Shown: one piece after another, positions 13,299-28,080 of the stretch
Position numbering within the stretch: position 1 is the stretch's first letter
Layout of the letters: each line of letters begins with the position of its first letter
Assembly (NCBI GenBank): GCA_023213395.1
Contig: CM041465.1
Span: 57,915,741-57,979,740 of the forward strand
Reading direction: 5' to 3'
Origin: Cycas panzhihuaensis
Lineage: Eukaryota > Plantae > Cycadophyta
DNA length: 64,000 bases
Program-made: the position numbers and the translations under genes
Notes under the pieces: model-generated
Databases searched by the model: none
Told to the model about the DNA's origin: nothing
Seen by the model: the letters and a program-made list of their open reading frames with translations, nothing else

Positions 13299-16200
13299 TA
13301 TTAGAAAACACTTTAATAATATATCAATAATGTAAATGCATAATGAAATATAATAGAAATGAATATAACATAGATAACATAATAATACCACAAATACTAA
13401 GATTGTAAATAATATTCATCATAACTCAATATTCTTCACACACCTCACATACATATATCATATACTCTAAATGGTCATATATAGTACTATTATGGGTTTG
13501 GTATGGGTTTGATGTATACTCCACTTCATGTGAGATATATCCTAGATAAATGTGCATTACTAATAATTTGATATTCCAACACTCCCCTTTAATGCACATT
13601 TCGATACATCAATATATATTTAAATTACCAATGTTTGATTCTTGGAAACTTATTGAAGATGATATTTGGTATCGATACTTTTGTCTTCAACTAGATCTAG
13701 GTGTTCATCTTGACTTTGTTGTTCAACTTGCCTTTGTTGTTCTTGACTACAGTGATGATACCTATTGATGTCGATGTACCTCATTATACCTAGAATTATT
13801 AGTGTCATCATTAGTTGTAAAGAATATCCAAAATGAAATTTAAATTCTAATTCAATGTATTGAATATCTATAGATGGTATCGAGAAAACTATTTATTGTA
13901 GTTTTTCAAGTATTTCTATAAAATAAGTTGTTGTAGGAATATTTGCTTTAACTTTTATTTCTGCTTCAAGAGCATCCATTTTAATTTCTATTTTTGCTTC
14001 AAGAACATCTATTTCAACTTCTCTCTCTTTATCTTTTCAATTTCTTAGTTTGGATTCAACTTCAATTTCAATCTTTATACCTTCTTCGACTTTCGAATAA
14101 AAAATATCACTTGTTTTTTTTATAACAACTTCTTCATTAATAACTTCTTTAATGATAAATTCATCAATGATAGATTCATCTTCAACATTCTCATGTGTAG
14201 TAATAATGTCAACATTCTCAACAATAATATATTTAACAATGGATTCAATATATTTAGATTCAATAACAGGTTCATTTTCAGTATTTTTAGATTTAGTAAC
14301 AGAGTCATTTTCAATAACATTTCTTGTTCAACAATTTCCTATTCAACAACTTTTTTTTCATGTGTTTGGCTTACCTTTTCTTGTTAGACTTTTCCTTGAG
14401 TATCAACTGATTTTTGTAGTGGTTTGTAGTAAAGCTCTTTCAACTTGTCTAATAATTCTTTTGATGTAATGATATATCATATCTACAAATATATATCGCT
14501 TTCCAAGGAAACAACAATGTAATTAACTGCTATTATATCATTTTGTGCCTGAATATAGACTTCATGTCTCTTACTACTATCAACTCTTAATTCAACAAGT
14601 GGTGGTATGACATATCTTTCAATGGGAACTTCCTATAAAACTTTTTTTGCTAATTGGATTTTATTCTTTTTGACCAATAAGGATAATTTCTTCCATTGAG
14701 TTTAGGACACATAAGAAATGAAGATTCCATTCTACTGATAAAATCAACTAAGATAGATGTAGGACTTTATGAACATCATGTTCATCAAGTTTTTTATAAT
14801 TCTAGTAATATGCATCAACTTTGAAGTAAAATTTTTCAATGAAAAGTTTACTAAAATACCTTAAATCATAGTCTAGACTGAAGTACTCTAAATTAGAATT
14901 TTAATGGATGAAATGGTTTGAAAATTAGACTCTTGATAACAAAAGTATAGGCAAAAAAACATAAATACTTCAAAATGATAAAAAAAAAACAATTGGAAGA
15001 CCTTTGTCCCTTCTCACCTTTAGCACTTAATCACTTGATAATTGCAAGTGACAACTTACTTTGGAATGGGGGTCTGCACACTAACATTCCAATTTACTTA
15101 ATTTTTTTTAAAAACTTAACAAAAAAAAAAAAAACCAAAGTAAAAAATCGCAACCTAATCAATCGTTAACGTGAACCCTCCACGTGGCAAAAAAAAAGCC
15201 AAAATCGAATTTTGTCCAAGCTGCGAGAGGTGTGAGATCGCGTGAGTCCACAAACGAATTGAATTTAGCCCTGCGATTCAGATTCTCTTCAACTGACGAA
15301 GAGCAAATTACAGAGTCCTACAAAGAAATCGAAACCTCCACCAAAAATTAACTGAATCAACACATACATTAATCACTGGGGTATAATACACAGTCTTCCT
15401 TCACCAAAATTAACTGAAGAATCCGAACACCCCCTCGTTGTGAGAGACATGGGACTGAAACTTGTGACTTCCAACTACGACCACGATGGCGCACTGTGGA
15501 CGGTCAACTACTCAGACGCAGGCTCAGATTCCTGAGCTGTCGCAGTAGGAGCGCAACAGTGTGGCTTTTGGTGTTGGATCGCGGTGAATAATGTCATATG
15601 CCACGTTTCCAAAGAAATTTCTAAGTGCTAAGTTTGTTGACAGAGGATTTGATGAGAGGGCTGTAGATCTGTGGTGCAGGGTTGGAGGAAGCCAATAACT
15701 CTAGGTGAATGCAATATGATTGCTAAGGTGAAACGGGTATTAGCGGATGATATCGTGTAGGCTGTTTCTTTGCTAGGTGTAGTTCAACCAGGAAAGTAAC
15801 AATATTCTGTTGCAGGCTCTGGAAGAAGGCCTACATTTAATAGCCAGAATCCAATTGAATAAAGCTTAACCAAATTGAACAGGATCTTCAACAAAGCTCG
15901 ACCATAGGGTCTCTTATTAGCAGAATGTCAGTCCTTTTAATGGAGGCAAGAGCTCTTTACATGAAAAACACCTAAGGCTTATCTGTCAGGAAGTGTAATC
16001 GAACAGCTGAAACAGAGTTGCTGTTGCATTGACAAAACAGTGGGTGCCAAAGAATATATATTGTGCTCCATCAAGATAACCGTATATATAGGGTTACGCA
16101 CATAGAATGACAGTTCAACAGAGGCAGTGCAAATTCAGAATAAAAAACAAAGTGAAACGCCTGGAATGTTCAAATGGCGTGCAACTATAATTTAGGGTTT

Positions 16201-16680
16201 CACTTCAATGTAACCACAAATAGTAGGCAGGTCCAACTGAGTCACTTCCTCAAGAAAAACACCTCACACAATGAACACCATGAGTATTAACAAGGGTTTC
16301 ACCTTAACATAACCACGAATAAACGACAAATTATCAAACTTGCAATGGATGAAAATTCTCTCAACTTTGTTTTGACTTCACCTTAACTATAATTCTATAT
16401 TAGAAAATATTTTGATAATATTTCAACAATGCAAAGGTGTAATGAAATATGATAGAAATGAGCATATCATAAATAACATAAAAATATTATAGATACTATG
16501 ATCATAAATGATATTTATCATGATTCAATATTCTTCACATATTTTATATGTATATATCATATACTATCCATATTTATATATAGTACCATTGTGGGTTTAG
16601 TGTGGGCTTGATGTGGATCCCACCTTATATAAGATATCTCTTAAAGAGATGTGCATTACCAATAATTTGATATTCTAATA
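13299..16680 (-). mobile_element. Non-autonomous gag-only Copia-derived LTR element (TR-GAG-like)
   Basis: 283-bp LTRs at 13299-13581 and 16398-16680; exact TSD ATTTT (13294-13298, 16681-16685); PPT AAAGGGGAG (13590->13582); no PR/IN/RT seen. Confidence 0.8.
13600..14730 (-). pseudogene. Copia-type gag N-terminus plus Glu/Lys-rich tail, disrupted
   Basis: ATG at 14730: MESSFLMCPKLNGRNYPYWSKRIKS (DUF4219-like); E/K-rich coding-like sequence follows; 3' end approximate. Confidence 0.6.
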
Positions 16681-19600
16681 ATTTTGTCGTATCTATATGT
16701 GTGTGTCTATGTGTCTATGTAATGCTTATAAAAATTTATTATATTTTTAACTCTTGAATTGGCGTTTTAGGTTCTTGTATCAATTTTAATGATGATTTCT
16801 TTTTCTTTGAGTAGTTTTAATATTAGTCTTAGATTTCCTTGGTCCAACTTCATTCTATAATTAATATTACTATTAGTATAGGTTCATCATGTTTTCGAAA
16901 TAGTGCATATGTTACTAGGTTCTCTTCTCCCTTCTTATAAACAATTTCAAATTCAAAAGCTTAAATTTTGCCAAACCTTTTTTGTTATTTTCCTGAGAGA
17001 GTGAGCTCCTATAATAAAATTTTTAGGCCACTACAACCTATTTTAACAATAAACTTACTAGCAAGTAGGTATCGATGTTATTTCTCTAGTGCATGCATTA
17101 TAACTAGCATTTATTTATTACAAATTGGCAGCCTTCTCCCTTTGTCATTTAGCTTCACACTCTCCAGTGCTATAGGATGGTTGTTCTACATGTAAAGAGC
17201 TCCAATGTCTATTCTAGATACATCACATTATAAATTAATCAACTAGTTGAAGTTTGGTGTTGCCAATACCAATGTAGCTTCTTTTAATATTTTGAAGTCC
17301 TTACCTACTTCTAAGATTTATGTGAAGGCACCCTCCTTAAATACATCCATTAGTTAGGCACTAATGTTAAAGCAAATTTTAACAAAGCATCTATAAAAGC
17401 TTGTCAAGTTGAGAAAACCTCTAAGTTTTTAAATGATCTTTGGTATTGGCCAATCCATAATTATTTGGATCTTTGTTTTAGCCACCTGACCTCTTGTGCG
17501 ATTTCAATGTGACCTAGGTACTCAGGCTATTATTTGTTGAAAGAGCACTTCAAATGTTTTTTACATAAAGTTGGTTTGCTTCTAGCACTTATGGTACTAT
17601 ATTCTCATCTCAAATGCTTATGCTAAATTTTAGAATAGATGAGAATACCATTGAAGAATACTAGGACAAACATATGTAATATTGTAATGAATACTTTGTT
17701 CATAGTTGTTTGGAAGGTTGCTCAAGTATTAATAAGTCTAAGTGGCATGACTCCATATTTATAGTGTCTGTGTGTATTTAGAATGTCATTTTGTGGTGGT
17801 CCTCCATTTTGATTATAAGAAGTTGTATCTTTACTACAAACCTAATTTAGAAAAATATTGAAGTCTATGAAGTTCATCAAGTATGTCGTCAATTTGTGAC
17901 AAGGAAAATTTGTTTTTAATGGCAATCTTATTAAGTGCTCTATAATCCACACATGAATGATATGATCCATCATTTTTCCTTACTAGGAGTACTTGGGCTA
18001 GCTTTTACTATGCATTATCACACCCATCTCTAGTAGTTATATTGTGGTCTTTATCTTAGTTTTGTGCTTCTTACAATATTAGTTTACTTATGCTATTATT
18101 GGGGGTTGATTTAGTACAACTTTAATATAATGTTTCATACCTCTATCTAATAGAAGGGCCTTGGATGGATCCTGGAATACTTGTTTGTGGTCATAGAGGG
18201 CCCTTTCCATTTCCTCGAACTTTCTTATTGGGATTACTTCCTTTGAGTTGTCATCTTTAAATGTGTCGTGTGTTATAACTACCTTCAAATATAGTTGTGC
18301 AATGAATCCTACATATCCTTATTATCTAGGGTGTTAGTATTTGGATTCCCCATAAAGTAAAATTGATTCCATTTTGTTCAAGTTGCAAGAACCCTTCAAC
18401 TAGGCCTTTGTTGTATGTGTCTAATGTCCTTAGACACTCAACTGCCAAGACTATTTATTCCTCCTATAGGTAGTGTGAAGTCAAAATTCATATCAATCTC
18501 CCATGGTTATTTTTAGGCCCTTGATTTCCATGTTGCACTATAAGCTTTATTTTCCAGTGTTGATACACTAAAGCCCATGATGTGTTCAATGTGTAAATCC
18601 AATTGTTATGCCTTTTAAGAGTTAACAAAGTTGTGAGTGCTCCCAAAATCTATAAGAATTGCCACCTTGATCTTCTTAATACAATATACTATTTCTAATA
18701 TGCTGAGATTTTGTAACCTAGCTATTGTTGCAATAGATATCTTGGGTTGTTTTGTCTTGGTTATATTTTTTTATCACTTCATTATCTTCCTCCTCAATAT
18801 CTAATTATGTTAGGTTTTCTACAATTTTAGATAAATATACTTGCTTTTGTGTCATCTTGCATGTTTTAGGCTAGTCTAGTGTTTGCCTTTTATAACATGG
18901 GCCCCTTTTTTCTTTCTTGAAGCTCTCTTAATGACAAGTCACTTTTAGTTGGTTTTGGTACTATTACATAATTACTCAAATTTGGGGTTGCGCCGAGATA
19001 ATTTCCAGTTATCACCTATATTCTTTATGGGATTATTGATCTATTATATACTACCCAATCTCATGCTTTTAGTTGTTAAACAAAGCTAATGCCTTCTTCA
19101 AGTATTTGAGGGGCACTTACATAACTTTGCATTTAATGCCCCTCACAAATTCCCAATTTTGAAATCTAGTTCTTATTCAAGGTGTATGCCTTCCTTACTA
19201 AGCAATCTCTCAAAATTTTCCAGGTAGTCTAAAACTAATATTTCTTTGTAGAAGATGTGAGCGAGTTAGACATGGTACAATCATCCCTAATTTTTTTAGC
19301 TTAAGTAAGAAAGTCACCTCCAAATTTATTGTAATAAAGGCCTCTTTCTACTACAACCTTAAACTAAGCATTCCCCCCTTTTTAGTATGTTTAGTATAAA
19401 TTGCACATTGTCTAAGTTAAATGCAATATTTCTATCCAAAAATACACTTTATAATTTGGCAAATCATCCTTCCAATTCAATCTAGTTGTTAAACCCATAC
19501 GTGGGAACACATACCTAAATCTTGAATTTGAATTGTCATTTTTTGTTTCATTGGATGGTGACATCTTTTGTTAGTTTAAGCTATAGGCTGCAAGATTTTC

Positions 19601-20430
19601 CTTGTGTGACTTCTCTTAAATTATATGTGTGTGTGTGTGTGTGTGTGTAGACACACACACACATATATTCTCAATTCTATTTTACCCATCTCATGGTTCT
19701 TTCTACCATTCTTATAATTTTTTTGGTCTAAACTATTAAGCTTTGAAGGTTTATGTATATTATGCTTTGTACAATATCCAACATTTCTATATTCATCTTT
19801 ATTGTAGGAACTTTAGTAAAGAAGTTTGAGCCTTCCGACTTTGTACCTGATGGGATCTTTAGTACTACTTTCTTGGATGGCATGTTATTACTGTTTACTT
19901 CCTTATAGACCAACTTTGTACCTTAAATGAAAGACTTGTTATTATGCATGGTTACTAATACTCAATAAGCTACTATAATTTACTCAAACTTACAGCTTAA
20001 GTGCCCCCCATTATTTTATTTTATTTTATGGAAAGAGGTATAAAAAAAACTTCAATAAATATGGCCCAATTTGATTTGGAGTTAATGTAGCTTTCAAAGC
20101 TACCTTTAAAGTTGACAAAAGATTTAAAAGTTTGGACCAATAATAATATCCCTCATAAAATTTATTATAACCCCTTCGTCCAATGTCCAAATTGAGTGAA
20201 ACCCTTTTCAACAGAAACTAGGCTCTAATTTTCCTATAACAAAAAGCATATGAGTTTAACTAAGTGCTTGTAGCATTCGAGGTTGTCACCATAAATTGAG
20301 ATAATAGATTTTCCAACCTATAGAAAGGACCTAATAACAAGTAGAAATTGAATTTCTTATATCTCTATAACTTTTGATAAAAAAAAATGCAATATAATAC
20401 TTCAAATTTTATGGTACAAATGTGGTCATT

Positions 20431-23400
20431 TGTAGTAATCCAGACATCTTAGAAAACAATTTGGTCAACCTCCTTTTGAGTAGTCAAACCGACTTCAGTT
20501 TAGGAAGGTTTAGTTTCATTTCAGTCTTACATTTTGGTCAATTTTAAGACTAGTTCTTGGTCAACTTCTAGAGGGATTTTGACTGTCCATTTTATAGGCA
20601 ATTTGAGCGCCTATTTAAAGAGGAAGTTGAGGCAACATTAGAGGATCATCTTAGAGATTTATGGACTATGATAAACTTGACCTTTGGGTAGCAATTATGA
20701 AGGGCACATCGCCTTAAAGATGGACCACTGTTTCAGCCTTACATCCAAGTATATTTAGGTAATATTGTATATATTGAGTTGTTATCAATGTATACTATTT
20801 ATTTTCCATAATTTCATACTTTGTATTATTGTTATATTTCTTTTTTATTGTTGTAATTTCTTTTATTTTATGAGTATATTTTAGGGGATTATTTATCACC
20901 AGAGTATGTAATAGTAATTCCAAGACTTCGTTCTATAACTTTCATTATAAGTAGTATCAAAGCTTTGTTTCGAAGTGAGAAATAAAAGGCATTCCTTAAG
21001 AAAATAGGGTATAATTTTTTTCCCTAGAACCGAACTCAGGTCAAAAAAATCTATTAAATGGTGAACCAAGCCTCAAAGATGATTACAAATGTATCCCAAT
21101 AGGTGGATGTAATTAACAAGAGTGTAGCTCTACTATTTGGCCAATTCAAGCAAATAAAAATGAATGTTTCAGAATACTATAAACATAATCTGGACTCGAC
21201 CATTGAACATAGGTCCTTAAATATGCTAGAAATTAGAGGAATATGTAGCGAAAGAAGAAAATGATCAAGAAGATCAAGTTGGCCTAAGACTCAAAAGAAC
21301 CAAATTCTTTTTAGAAATGTTTAACCTAAAAAAATCCAAAGACATCTGCAATTGGTTTTTATAATCAAAGATCTACTTCAAGGCAACCCCCATGATCAAC
21401 AAAGAGAAATTGGTGGTTGTTGCTCTACATCTTTATGGAAAAGCCCTAAAATGGTATCATTGGTGGCAAAGGTTTTATGAAGGGATAAGCCATTTTAATT
21501 GGTCTTTCCTAAAAAAGTATATAATCAAGCAATATGAAGATACTTCCAACATGGATTACTTCACTCAACTCACAAGACTACAACAGATAGAGTTTAGCTC
21601 ACAAGACTACAATAAACGAGGTCCATACAAGCTTATACAAAATAGTTTTAAGCCTTTCATAGCTTCATAGAAATTGATATTAGCAAAAAGCTGTTAATTG
21701 AAGTATATATTATAGGGCTTAAAGGGGACATTAGGTACTACCTGAAGACGTTAGATGTAAGCCTTCTCAGCGATACCATTCCACATGCCCAGAACATTGA
21801 AGCTGAATTTAGAAAGAGTAGACAATATTTTGTTCAATGGGTTGAACCTCCATAATATCCTAGTCAACAATTCCAACCAAATTAGACTCAAGTAGGGACA
21901 AACGTTAGGGCTCCCATTGCCAAGAAAAAATATGAGCTTCTATCACAGACTGAGCATATTAGGAATGGAACTTGTTTCCATTATGAAGGAAAATATAACA
22001 GAGATCATACATGTCCCGCTGGGAAGATGTTTGTAATAAACAATGAAGAAGAAAACATCCCATAGGGAGTAGATGAAGAAATTTTAGTTGAAGAAGTTAG
22101 AGTAGACGAAGGTGAAGTTGAGAATGACGACCTTCTAAATACCAATCTAGAGGACATCCAGATTTCACTCTAGGCAATCACCGAGGAGGTTTGTGTACCT
22201 CAAACCCTAGGGTTTTTAGGGGTAATAAAAAATATGGAAATCTCAATTTTGGTAGTAGGAGTACCCACAATTTCATAAATTGACCTACAAGAAAGAAACT
22301 AGGTCTCTAGATTAAGCTACTAAATATTTTTCAAGTGGTCATTGCCGATGGGAGAATTATGCTTTACAAAGTATATTACCTGCAGGTTAACTTACAAATT
22401 GCAAATTATACCACCACATCCAATATGTTTGCCATGCCAATTAGAGGGGTTGACATTGCTTTGGGAGTTCAACGATTATAGACTTTAGGCAACATTGTCA
22501 CCAACTATAGAATACAGTTTATGTATTTCCACCAGAAAGGTCGTAAATACAAATTACAAGCTCCAGGTATACCACCTACACAACCGGTGTCTCAGTGAAT
22601 GGATAAATTAGACAGAAGAACCCCACTTCCTTCATGCTCTCTTATCATAAATTAACAGTAAAAGAAGTTTTGACTAAGGTCCAAGCTCTCATTGATCAGT
22701 ATAGCCAGGTGTTTGAAGAAATCCTCTAGAGTTACTCACAAGTTGTAGGTATGAGCATGCTATTGAAATTGCACCACAATAAGCTCCAATTAACATTTAG
22801 CCATAGCGTCATTCGATTCACTTTAAATAGGAAATTAAGTGCATTATATAAGAACTCCTCCAACAAAGTATCATCATTCCAAGCACCAGTCTATTTGCTT
22901 CTCTAGTCATTCTCTTCATGAAAAAGGATAGATCTTACTAAATATGTAGACATTATTGAGCTTTGAATTACATGGGGCAAGATATTTCTCTAAAATTGAC
23001 CTATGATCTGGATATTATCAAATCTACATCAAGGTTGAAGATGCTTACAAAACAATGTTTCATACTCATGAGGGATTATACAAATTTTGACTCATGCCTT
23101 TCAAATTAACAAATATTCCAACAACTTTTTAGAGTACGATAAACCAAATTCTCAAGCCATATATATGAAAATTTGTTCTAATTTTCTTTGATGATATCTT
23201 AATTTATAGCAGATCTTGGTAGAAGCACCTGGAGCATATTTGTACTATTCTATAGCTCATGTAGGAACAACAATCATTTGTCAACAAGAACAAATGTACA
23301 TTTGGTCAAATTAAGTTGGAATATTTAGGTCATACCATCACACTAGAAGAGGTAAAAATTGACCAAAAAATAAATATGAAGGAATTATCAAGTAGCCAAC

Positions 23401-25478
23401 TTCAAAAAACATAACTAGGGTTTGTGAATTTCTAAGAGTAGCATGGTTCATATGTAAGTTCATTAAAGGGTACACACACATAGTTGCCCCTTTAACGAAT
23501 TTGGCAAAGAATGACGCATTTATTTGGACCCAAGATGCAAAAGAGGCTTTCTAGGAACTCAAGGCAATAATGACCAAAACTCTTGTTTTGGTAATACTCA
23601 ATTTTTTCTAGTCATTCACCATTGAATGTGATGCGTTAGGATTAGGAATAGGAATAATACTTTTATAAGAAGGGTGTCTATTAGCATATGAATGCAAGAA
23701 GCTTAACACCCGTGAACACCTCAAACCTATTTGTGACAAGGAAATGCTAGCTATCATGCACGTCATACATCAATAGCTTGAAATATTTTGTTGGCCAATC
23801 ATCATTATCAAATGAACAACATAAATGAGTGAGTAAGCTACAAGCCTTTAATTTCTCAACCATCTACAAGAAAGGGAAAAAAAATGTTATTGTAGATGAT
23901 TTATCTAGGGTATCGACAAGTAATCATGAAGATGAACAATTGAGAACTCAAGAAGCTTTATAATAGCTATCTCAAAAAGCTTTACAATAGATCGAAAAGG
24001 AAAACTATACCAAGTATAGTCTTCGAGGAAAATTGATCTTAAGGAGAAGAAAGGTACTAGTTCTTGCAGTTGCCACAATAAAAATAAAAGATCATAGAAG
24101 AAGCATGTTGCTCTATAATCGATGCCCATATCAGAGTGTGATATCTACCAAAGGAACAAAAATGAAAAAAAAAATTACTTAGCTTACTCCATCCATTGCA
24201 TGTTCCCGAACAAAAGTGGGAAGAGATATCTATGGACTTTATTACGGGACTACCTAAGCCAGAAACAAAAGACGCCATCTTCATCGTAGTAGATCAACTA
24301 ACAAAATTCACCCATTTATGAGGTATACAAACAATGACGAAGGTGCCTCAGATAGCAGAATTATTTATCAAGGAAATTTACCACCTCCATTGTTTTGTAA
24401 AAATAATTGTTAGCAACTAAGATCTCAAGTTTATGAGCAATTTTTGTTAAACCAGGCAAGACCTTCTAAAGCCTAGGTGGTTGAACAACAACAACAACAA
24501 ATGCTGAAAGTTTTAAAAGACAATTTGAATATGGCCTAGAACAATAAAACAACAGACAAATCTCCAAATAACATAAAGAACTTCTGCACTAGGAGGTTAG
24601 TATTTCTTCGTATGCAACCATATAGAAAAACCAACTTAAAACAAGTAGGCCGATGCAAGTTACAACCCAAATTCTTCGGGCTTTACAAAATTTTGACCAA
24701 AATTGGTAAAGTACCATATCAATTAGAGCTTCCTCCTACCAGCCAGATTTACAATACATTTCATATTTCTTATCTCAAAAAGAAGCTTGGGGAACGAGTT
24801 GTGATCCAAATAGATTTTCATGTATTAGATAATAAAGGAAAAATATCAATAGGGTTGGAAGGTATTTTGCAAGCTCATACCAAAAGACTACATTCTAGAG
24901 AGATTAAAGAATACCTTATTAGGTGGAAGACAATGAATGTCAGTGATGCCACTTGGGAGACAAAAGAATGGTTGTAGCAATATCCTCATTTATTTATGCT
25001 TTAAGGGCAAAGCACGATTTCAAAGGGAGGGACTTGTAGTAATTTAGACGTCTTGGAAAATAGTTTAGTCGACTTCAAGATTAGTTCCTAGCTAACTTCT
25101 AGAGGGATTTTAACCATCCATTTTATAGGCAGTTTGAATACCTATTTAAAGAGGAAGTTGGGGTAGCATTAGGGCATCATTTCAAGGATTTGTGGACTAC
25201 TATAAACTCGGCCTTTGGGCAACAATTGTGGAGGGCATCTTACCTCGAAGAGGAACAACAGTTTCATCCTTACGTCTAAGTATATTTGGATAACATTGTA
25301 TATATTAAATTGTCATCAATTTATACTATTTATCTTCCACAATTTCATACTTTGTACTATTATTATATTTCTTTTTTATTATTGTAATTTCTCCTATTTT
25401 ATGAATATATTTTGGAGGACTATATGTCACTAGTGTGTAATAGTAATTCCAAGACTTTGTTTTATAATGTTCGCTATA
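20431..25478 (+). mobile_element. Chromovirus (Reina/Tekay-like Ty3/Gypsy), full structure, decayed
   Basis: LTRs 20431-~20949 and 25035-25478; PBS TAGTATCAAAGC; PPT AAGGGAGGGAC; gag (EKLVVVALHLYGKALKWYHWW), PR, RT, RH, IN and chromodomain (KEYLIRWK...DATWE). Confidence 0.9.
21058..25004 (+). pseudogene. Chromovirus gag-pol with C-terminal chromodomain, many stops, frameshifts and deletions
   Basis: ORF pieces 21392-21670 and 24612-24977; FFDDILIYS-like RT motif near 23185. Confidence 0.85.
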
Positions 25479-25869
25479 TCAACTTAATTCTATAACTATT
25501 TTTTAAAACCAAATTTGGTAGTTTGAACCTCTAAAAAGGCTTTTTGTGTTAGAAATTCTAATTGGCCAAACTCATGTTTTAATACCACTTATAACATTTA
25601 TTTGGGATTATTATTGATTTTCTTTTGTTCCAAAATTAAAAACCTAGCCTTCATAAGAAATAGCTACAAAAGATTGCTCATATAGTGAAGATCCAAAAAT
25701 ATGATGATTATCCTCCTCTATAATGCTTTTATGTATATTAGCTTGCTGAACTATTAATTTGGTTGGCTTCCATAATGTATTATTTTGGCATTTCTTTCTT
25801 TGTTAATTAATTTAACCAAATTAAAATTATTGCAATTGACTTGTTGAGGTTGTGATCAAGACAAAGGCG

Positions 25870-27000
25870 ATGAAAGGGATAACACTACGTTCCACCTAGT
25901 GGTCGATGGAAATGCCTTAGGGCAAGCCCCTAGTTTCTATAAAAATGCTTGTTAGGATAACAATCTTTCCATAATCTTTGCCATTGTGAAGTTGAGAAAT
26001 GGAAGCTTCAAGAGGCCATCTAGATAAAATTTACACTCACCAATTCAAGTAGGGTAATATGAGAAGCGCTTCAAGGCATCTTCCTCAACCAACTAACTTT
26101 TAAGCTCATTACAACCTCCATCTTACCCATGGCACAAGACCTAGGCATAGAATGTGTCAAAAAGGCTTCATTAAATATTCTATCTCGTAGTTTTACTATC
26201 TCCTTGAGCCTAATAATAATGTTGTTGGCAAATTGGACAGGGATTTGGAGCTTTAAAAACTCTAGCTCAACCCAATGGAGGTTTGACATATTATAGAGTG
26301 CCCTAATGGAGCTTGAGAAGATGTTCATAGCCTACTCTGTGTAATTCATAAAAATGGGTGTGTAAAATGTTACTTGCCTGGTTAGTGATAGGAAGGAAAG
26401 AATTCTCCACCTTTCATGGGGGTGTCCATTTGCTAAAAGTAGTTGAAGCCAGTTTCTTTGTTCACCTAGCCCATAATAGTTTAATTGGGTTTCAATACAA
26501 TTTAATTAGGTTTCAATGTTATTGAGGGATATTAGCCCATGCCATTTGACCTTTCATTTTTACCTAACAATTCTCTTGGTGGAAGATTTGTTTGTAAATT
26601 GGGAAAACAAGAGCAATTGTCTCTTTAACAATAGCTTAAGAATGCTTTGGCTTCAAATCAATTATGTGCTATGATTTCAGCTAATTGTGCATTGCAAGTA
26701 AAAGTGCAAGTGAAAGAGGGAATGAAAGTAGGACACATGATGGAGCTCATTGAATTTTGAAAGTCAATTGTTTGCATTGAATAGAGTATCCTCAAATGAG
26801 ATTGAAGGCCCTTCGCACCATGACAACCAAAGTAAAAGTAGAGGCCATTACCATTCCAGAAGGTTGACAAAAGGAAGAGGTGATAATTCCAATCCTATAC
26901 ACCATAAGATTGACAAGTGCAACAATGTTCACGTAGTCCCTTCAACAGTCTCTCTTGTTAGCAATGATGACGGTCAGGTTGATTAGCAAAATTGAGGTTC
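25870..27000 (+). mobile_element. LINE (L1-like) ORF2 3' fragment, decayed
   Basis: zf-RVT-like C..C...ERILHLSWGCPFAK at ~26355-26440, then a W.IWK.RN-like remnant at ~26590-26630; boundaries approximate. Confidence 0.55.
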
Positions 27001-28080
27001 ATAAGAACTTGCAGTTGACGATTGGAGTCTTGATCCTTCATTGGGCATTAGGCCTGAACAAGCATAAGCAACGTCCTCAAAATGTTGGCTAATGTCTAAT
27101 TTAGTAGCTCATACCCATGTGTTTGCCAATTTGGTGATGTTTATACATCTTGTTGATGAGAAATAGTGCTCATTACTTAGCTAATGGGCATATTTGTCAC
27201 CGTGTTGATCATGTAATTCTTCTCTCCTTCACGATGATGCCTATGGCAGGTTCCAATGGCAACAGAATTTGTATCTACTCTCCTTTTGTTGTACTATATA
27301 TAACTTTTTTTTCAATTAATGATAGCATACTTCTCAACAACAAACAATATGCACTAGGCCATCATCCTGAAAGATGCACAAGAAAACCCAATTGACACAG
27401 AGATCAAGTATCTCTTTTGAACTTACAGCCATAAAGAAAATCACGTGGATAAACATTAATTGGCCTTAACAAAACAAGAAAATGAATGACCTTAAACTAA
27501 AAGGGATTGGACTTTAAAGCTCAAGATAACGGAAGAAAATGTCAAGAATTCACAAACCTCAAAAACATATACAAAAAAACAAAAATTCAAGATAAGATTT
27601 GTTATGAACTTGCAACCTTATTAATTGATATGATCATTAATCAAGAGTTATTAGTTATCCCATTAACCAACATAATTATTAATCAAGAGTTATTAGTTAT
27701 CAATAGTCACAATTATCAAGAGACATTATTTACCACATATCACATATCAAGAGTCATGCCCCCTTTATATTTTCATATTTAAATAGCATAGAGGGTAACA
27801 TGTAATCATTAGAAATTGAATAGGATATTTCCTTTGGTTTTTTGCCATGTGGTGGTTGTATATTTCCATTTTGTTCTTAATCTATAATTGTTATTGCTCT
27901 GTGGGATCATCTCTTACGTGTTAGCCAATTCTAGGGTCATCACAACTAGCATAAAAGCTAGTTCTCATTATTACAAAAAAATAACTGAACCAAATTGGCC
28001 AAATTTTTGAGAGAACACTCATAACATATACAAGGATGCACCTACAAAATTTTAATGGAATTAGACGCTTGTAGATGCCT

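Larger units (their letters stand above)
11732..19920 (-). mobile_element. Old, heavily decayed Ty3/Gypsy (gag-PR-RT-RH-IN) hosting several insertions
   Basis: Minus-strand remnants: gag ~19000-19550; PR LIDFGSTHNFVN ~18630-18660; RT ~17300-18100; RNase H ~16890-17270; IN zinc finger EKYVLECDACQRQK ~13130-13175; IN NKCL...FWYNTT ~12000-12170. LTRs not identified. Confidence 0.75.
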
